A stretch of 64,000 nucleotides of DNA from an uncultured delta proteobacterium (GTDB lineage Bacteria > Desulfobacterota > RBG-13-43-22), in contig CAWJJC010000028.1 in NCBI GenBank assembly GCA_963843145.1, positions 352,001 to 416,000 of the forward strand, given 5' to 3'. Of the stretch, positions 58,714-64,000 are shown piece by piece. Every line of letters starts with the position of its first letter. The stretch's first letter is position 1. A model generated the notes under the pieces. The model saw nothing but the letters and a program-made list of their open reading frames with translations, did not search any database and was not told where the DNA came from. The position numbers and the translations under genes were made by a program.

Positions 58714-60718
58714 CTATTCCCAGTCCCCTGGGCGCTCTTCGGGCCTTTGCGCCGAGAACCCATTAGCTGCCGCTACTCCAAACGGCCAGGAGGCCCGAAT
58801 GGTTGTTCCTGCTTCTCCGGATTCGACGGCAAAAGCTCCATTCGAGAGCTCCGCCCGTTCCCTCATGGTGGATAGGCCGAATCCTCTAACGACCTCGCTC
58901 AGCTCAAATCCCCGGCCGTTGTCTTGAATAGTCAATTCTATTCCATCGCCCATTTTTTGGAGAGAGAGACAGACCCGGTTGGCCTGACTGTGCTTGGCGA
59001 TATTGTTCAGCGCTTCCTGGGAAATGCGAAAGATCGGGGTCTTCAGAGAATCTGGCAATTCCTCTTCCGCCAGGCCGATTTGGCCTTCAACCCCGATAGA
59101 GGAATAGGTTTTTTGAAACTCTCGGCAGAACCAGTTCATGGCGGAAATGATCCCCAGGTCATCAAGAATGGCCGGTCGCAAATCGGCCATGATCCTTCGA
59201 GTTTCCACGATGGTTTGTTGAACTGCCGCGACCAGACCGTGCAAGGATTCGATTGGTGTCTGGCCCTGCTCCATATCGGCCTGAGTCTTTTCTATGCTGT
59301 ATTTGATAGCGGCCAGGGAAGAGGCAATGCTATCGTGAAGCTCTCCCGCAATCCTCTTCCTTTCCGTCTCCTGGGTAGTCAGGCACTGAGAGGCAAAAAA
59401 CCGCACCTGTTTCTCCGATCGGCGCAGCGTTTCTTCCAATCGCCGGCGTTGGAGAATTTCTTGCTGCAGCTTACCGACGGCTTCCGTTAATTCCGCCGTT
59501 CTTATCTGAACCCGTGCCTCTAGGTCGGCATTGATTTGCTCGACCTCCCGGCGGGCTTCGACGGCGTCTCGCATGAGGTTGAGCGCGGCCAGCCGGGAGG
59601 CGCGCAAGTCTTCTTCAGCCTGTTTGCGCTCCGTAACGTCGAGAAAAACGACTCCAAAACATCCTTTCTCGGTCTGGAAAGCGCTTACCTCAAAATGCCG
59701 CCCCAGGGCCTCGCTCCATTGGTCGAAGTGGGCCGGCTGACCGGTCAGGGCGACCGATCCGTACCGCTCCACCCAGAGGCTTTCCGCATTGGGGCAGGAC
59801 CTCAGAGAGTGTTCGCCCCACGAGGTCTGCGGCCTTAAGCCCGGTCAGACGCTCGAAACCCGGATTCACCTGCAGGAAGCGGTAATCGCAGGGCCGGCCC
59901 TCGTCGTTACAGATGATTTCGTGGACGGCGAAGCCTTCGGTCATGGTTTCAAACAGCTTTCGAAACCGATCCTCGCTTTGCGCGAGTTCCCGGAACAGGG
60001 TCCGATAGGGGCGCTGGAGGCCGGTTTCAATAATGGCCTTATACAGCAGGGCATAAGCCACGATTTTCAGGAAATGCCCCAGCTCATTGAACAGGCCGTA
60101 TACGTTTCCATACCAGGTGAAGGACAGTTCCGAGACGATGCTCACGCCAATGGCGGCTATCACCAAGCGCAGCACCGAAGGGTCCAGGTGCTGCCGTCGC
60201 CGGGAGACGAAGAAGATCGCCCCGGCCAGCAAAACGCAGATGAGGTATTCGCTGGTGATTTTAAAAACCGTTAGACCCTGCCCCTCGACGAAACAGGCCG
60301 GGAACCATCCGCCGAACACCATAAACAGCAACAGCGCCGTTATCAGGCCGTAGGCCGACAGCAGCCTCAGGGCGCTAACCCGTCGCGTCAGGAATAGGGG
60401 CGCCACTACCAGCGACACCGCCTCCAGGCCTCGCGCGGCAATCCACAACTGCGTCGGCAAGTCGGCCGTTGCGCCGGGGAACACGCCCATGCCCTTGTAA
60501 GCCAGCAGGTGAAGGAGGTCGAAGGCCCCTACTGTCAGAAAGGCCACACCCAAAAACAGGAAAAAACCGTGGGTTAGGAGCCGGCGGGAATTCCAGGCCA
60601 GGATGAACATTCCCCAGGCCACTAAAACCGAAAACAACTCCGCCAAGCTATGAAACAGCAGATAACTAACACGACCCGTCAGCCATAACCCGACCGTGCC
60701 GATGACTACCGCCAGCAT
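58714..60718 (-). pseudogene. MASE3-PAS-HisKA_3 sensor kinase, frameshifted in a C-run near 59791-59794
   Basis: MASE3 (FHSLAELFS, H.LAYKGM), PAS, ELHDSI H-box; removing one C gives EVLPNAESLWVERY; probably intact in vivo. Confidence 0.85.
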
Positions 60719-60875
60719 AATGAAGCCTTTGTCTGTGGCCCTTTTCGGCGCAATGGCGGCCTTCCTAATGGATTTTTCAGAGGGATCCTGCGAAACTTTG
60801 GTTCGGCCGACTTTCCCCCGGGCTTTGGGCGGTGAATTGGTTCGTTCCGTTCTTCCGGTCCTTCATGAGCACAAC

Positions 60876-61292
60876 TTATGAATCCGCTGATTGGGGGAGC
60901 ACCGGCTTGATATCGACTAGCGGCGTTCCATCGATCGCCTCCAGCGGTCCCACCTTGATTCTGTTCCCGGCGATTTCCAGAACCGTAACGCGATGTAATC
61001 CCAGTGGATTGGGCCTGTGGGGAGACCGGGTGGCAAAGACGCCGGTCAGGGGCCGATTCGGATCCCGACGCGGATGGACCTTCAGCTTGTCGCGCTGCGC
61101 CTGGTGAAGCCAGGTGATTAAGACCATCTCATCGCCCGGCGCAATCCCTTCGAGTCCCTCGGCAACCTCCGCCTGCACTTCGAGCCAGGCGTCGGGCGCC
61201 CCTTCAGATCCCTGGCGGGGCGCCGCCTCGCGACCAGTCAGGTCGGAGCGGATGACCCCAATGGGTTTGATCGTAAAGCTGGTTTCGATCAT
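60876..61292 (-). CDS. trmO: tRNA (t6A37)-methyltransferase TrmO/TsaA (single domain)
   Basis: PIGVI, GVFATRSPHRPNPLGL, DGTPLVDIKP motifs. Confidence 0.9.
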   Translation of the reverse strand: MIETSFTIKPIGVIRSDLTGREAAPRQGSEGAPDAWLEVQAEVAEGLEGIAPGDEMVLITWLHQAQRDKLKVHPRRDPNRPLTGVFATRSPHRPNPLGLHRVTVLEIAGNRIKVGPLEAIDGTPLVDIKPVLPQSADS

Positions 61293-61300
61293 AGCGCTGC

Positions 61301-62065
61301 TCACGGGAAAATCTGACCTGTGGGACGTATCGTCACTTCGTTCACGTTGACGTGCGGCGGCAACCTGAGGAGCCAGTGAATACCATCCGCGATGACCTGG
61401 GGTTCAAGAAGTTGGCCGAAGGAAGCGACGGCCTTACTGAAATTTTCCTCGTCATACCCGGCCACGGCCTGAAATTCACTGACGACGATGCCCGGCAGCA
61501 CCAGGGAAACGCGTACCCCCTGGGGGCAAACCTCACGGCGAAGCGATTCGGCTAGCGCACCGACAGCGAACTTGCTGGAACCGTAGAACCCGCTGAAGGG
61601 CGAAATATTCCGGCCCACCGCTGAACCAATGACCACGATGTCCCCGCGTTTTTGTTTGACCAGGTATTGCCCCGCCCGCCGCATCAGGCAGGCCGCGCCG
61701 AGCACATTGACTTGGTATAGGTCCCGCCACTGGGATTCATCGCTGCCGAGGATACCGCCTGCCAGTCCGCGACCGGCATTGATGACCACAATGTCAAACG
61801 TGCCGCCGCCTTCATTCCAGGCCAAGGTTCGCTCGATCAATCGATCGATATCCTCCTGAACGCCCGCATCGCCCGCCACGGCCAGGGCTATGCCCCCGTG
61901 GGCGGCAATTTCCGAGGCCACCTGATCCAGCCGGTCTTGTCGTCGGGCCTGGATGACTACCGCCGCGCCGGCCCTGGCCAGGGTAGCCGCCGTGGCCCGT
62001 CCTATTCCGGAACTGGCTCCGGTCACAATGGCCGTCTTGCCTGTAAGAAAGCGTTCTATTTCCAT
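61301..62065 (-). CDS. Short-chain dehydrogenase/reductase
   Basis: TGASSGIG, NAG and YGSSK motifs. Confidence 0.92.
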   Translation of the reverse strand: MEIERFLTGKTAIVTGASSGIGRATAATLARAGAAVVIQARRQDRLDQVASEIAAHGGIALAVAGDAGVQEDIDRLIERTLAWNEGGGTFDIVVINAGRGLAGGILGSDESQWRDLYQVNVLGAACLMRRAGQYLVKQKRGDIVVIGSAVGRNISPFSGFYGSSKFAVGALAESLRREVCPQGVRVSLVLPGIVVSEFQAVAGYDEENFSKAVASFGQLLEPQVIADGIHWLLRLPPHVNVNEVTIRPTGQIFP

Positions 62066-62174
62066 AAATTCCTCCTCGGCGGCGTGCCAGGTAGAGTTTG
62101 TTTTTAAGGTTTTAGGTGGCCGGACCCGAAGCCGTCACCTTAAGCCCTTTAGTCCGGGAATCAAACGCTGGCTG

Positions 62175-62630
62175 TCATTCCAGCGGAAGCCGGAATCCGG
62201 CGCTGGAATTGGGTGAAGACGGGTCTCGCCTCCAGAGGCGATCCCCGCTCCAGGCCCCTCCTCCAGCTAAGGCCAGATAAAGGAACACAAAGCACAAGAC
62301 AACGGCCAGGTCCCCTCCATTCCTCAGGGGCCAGAACCCCTTGGGCGCGTGCACCAGGAAGTAGGCCGCGGCCATTTCTCCTGAGAGGATGAAGGCTACG
62401 GGACGGGTGAAAAGCCCGAGCAAAATAAACAGCCCGCCGAAAAATTCCAGCACCCCGGCCAGGCCGAGCAGAGACATCAGCGGGGGCAAGACGGCGTGCT
62501 CGGGGGAAAGGAAACCGAAGAGCTTCTGTGCCCCGTGCTGCATAAAGAGGAAGGCCGTAACGATCCGCAGGACGCTCAGCAGGCGCGACGACCACCGGGA
62601 ACAAAATGATTCGAGATAAAGCATAAACAC
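62175..62630 (-). CDS. DoxX-family membrane protein
   Basis: HGAQKLFG, LGLFTRP, GEMA.AYF motifs. Confidence 0.9.
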   Translation of the reverse strand: MFMLYLESFCSRWSSRLLSVLRIVTAFLFMQHGAQKLFGFLSPEHAVLPPLMSLLGLAGVLEFFGGLFILLGLFTRPVAFILSGEMAAAYFLVHAPKGFWPLRNGGDLAVVLCFVFLYLALAGGGAWSGDRLWRRDPSSPNSSAGFRLPLE

Positions 62631-62930
62631 CTCCTCGTTGGTCTATTTGGACGCGTCCTTTATGTGGCGGGATCTGTTATCACGCGGGATGACTTAATAG
62701 AAAATAGGCTTTCCTTCTAAGCATTTGTTTTTCATTTTGTCATTAAATCAGATCATTGTCAAATAAACTGGTGTCCAGGCTTAAATGAGCCATTCGGCGA
62801 AATTAGGCAAAGAAGGCGGGCGGTTAGGAGAGGAAGGGAGTCCCCCCTTGGCATCGGGTTTCCTGGGGCCCGACCTTTTGGGCCGGGTCTTTTTAGTTAT
62901 TTAATCGATTTTATCCGAGGAGTTTGCCAT

Positions 62931-63023
62931 TTGTGGGAGCACCGGCTTGATTTCGACTATCGGCGTTCTTTTCATCGCTTCCAGCGGTCCCAGCCTGATC
63001 GTATTCCCGACGATTTTCAGAAT
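62931..63023 (-). pseudogene. Degenerate 3' fragment of a trmO paralog
   Basis: Aligns to 60891-60985; reads ILKIVGNTIRLGPLEAMKRTPIVEIKPVLPQ. Confidence 0.8.
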
Positions 63024-63108
63024 GAACCGCGAAGGGTTTCAGTTGACCAAAAGGGACTTATTGTAATAACATCTCTAATCACGGTCAGGAAATTAAAAAG
63101 GAGGAGCC

Positions 63109-63681
63109 ATGGATCTTTTTACCGCCATTAAGGAAAGACGCAGTTGTAGAAGCTTTTTGAGTGATCCGATAGAGGAGGTCACCCTGGAGAAGATCATAGA
63201 AGCCGGGACCTGGGCGCCCTCGCCGATGAACGCCCAACCCTGGGAATTCATCGTGGTCACCAGCCCGGAGATGAAAGAGAAGATTTTCGCGGAGGCGGAG
63301 CGCTGTCGCCGGTGGGCTTTGAGCGCCAGCGGCTGGAAGTGGTTGGACAAATACCGGATCGAATTCTTGAAATCCGCTCCGGCGCTGGTGGTGGTGGTCG
63401 GCGACCCCAAAAAAACCGGGGTCGACCAATTCATGGAGGACGGTTCGGCGGGCTATCAATACGCCTGCGCTGCGGCCGTCCAGAATATGATGCTGGCCGC
63501 CCAGGCCCTGGGCTTAGGCAGCCTTTGGTTTACGTTGTTCGACCGAAAAAATGTGGGCGCAGCCTTAGGCGTCGTCCCCGAGAAAAAGGTGCTGTCCCTC
63601 GTTTGCCTGGGCAAGCCGGAAGGGGGAGGGACTTCGGTGCCGCGCAAACCGGCGGCAGAAAAAATGACCTACCTCCGGTAA
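63109..63681 (+). CDS. Nitroreductase family protein
   Basis: RRSCR, APS..NAQPWEFIV, LAAQALGLGS motifs. Confidence 0.92.
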   Translation: MDLFTAIKERRSCRSFLSDPIEEVTLEKIIEAGTWAPSPMNAQPWEFIVVTSPEMKEKIFAEAERCRRWALSASGWKWLDKYRIEFLKSAPALVVVVGDPKKTGVDQFMEDGSAGYQYACAAAVQNMMLAAQALGLGSLWFTLFDRKNVGAALGVVPEKKVLSLVCLGKPEGGGTSVPRKPAAEKMTYLR

Positions 63682-63715
63682 GGGAAACCGGCCTTGGCCC
63701 GCGCTATCCTTCCTT

Positions 63716-64000
63716 TTACCCGCTGGTTTGTGCGGCCCAAGAAGGAGGTGATCCCGGTGGAGAAGATTCTTTCGTAACCGCGGAGCCCGCGGTTTTCAAG
63801 GCCACTGCGCTTATTCTCGGTTCAGCCAGCCGAACAATGCGAATGGCCCGGCGCCGCTCTACGGGAAAATATAAAATAAAGCTGGCGCCTTGTCCTGGTT
63901 CGGATTCAACTTCGATGCGGCCTCCGTGAATGTCCAGGATTCGTTTGACCGTTGCCAGATCGATTCCGGCCCCATTGTCCTTGGTGCTGAAAAACGGGTT
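63716..64000 (-). CDS. 3' end of a histidine kinase (HATPase_c), truncated by the window edge
   Basis: NPFFSTKDNGAGIDLA..RILDIHGGRIEVESEPGQGASF. Confidence 0.8.
   Translation of the reverse strand, partial: NPFFSTKDNGAGIDLATVKRILDIHGGRIEVESEPGQGASFILYFPVERRRAIRIVRLAEPRISAVALKTAGSAVTKESSPPGSPPSWAAQTSG

Overview
This 64-kb window looks like chromosomal DNA from an anaerobic Desulfobacterota-like (deltaproteobacterial) bacterium; the taxonomy is inferred from gene content. Its housekeeping and metabolic genes include tRNA-Arg(CCT), polA, glgA, panE, pncA, trmO, two TRAP transporters and several two-component kinases. A 15-kb anaerobic catabolic cluster encodes an acyl-CoA ligase, a Mo/W-bisPGD enzyme with a FeS partner, a 2-oxoacid:acceptor oxidoreductase whose delta subunit is fused to a flavoprotein, GntR, TRAP and GlcD/GlcF. 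The main findings are two selenoproteins that the ORF track split. The first is a MerB (organomercurial lyase)-like protein at 48112-48861. Both of its catalytic Cys positions are in-frame UGA codons, each followed by a SECIS-like hairpin, and it shares an operator with the adjacent marR. The second is an exported TlpA/thioredoxin-fold protein with a U-P-V-C motif at 30508-31080, which heads a cNMP-rhodanese / MauE-DoxX / lipoprotein operon. Other observations are a STAND-TPR-SARP regulator with an 11-bp direct-repeat target site, a repeated hairpin-plus-terminator RNA motif, a cluster of intact and decayed toxin-antitoxin genes (including an uncalled MazF), a probable CTG start codon and several palindromic repeat families. 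Four single-base homopolymer frameshifts are probably sequencing errors. All calls were made by eye without database searches.
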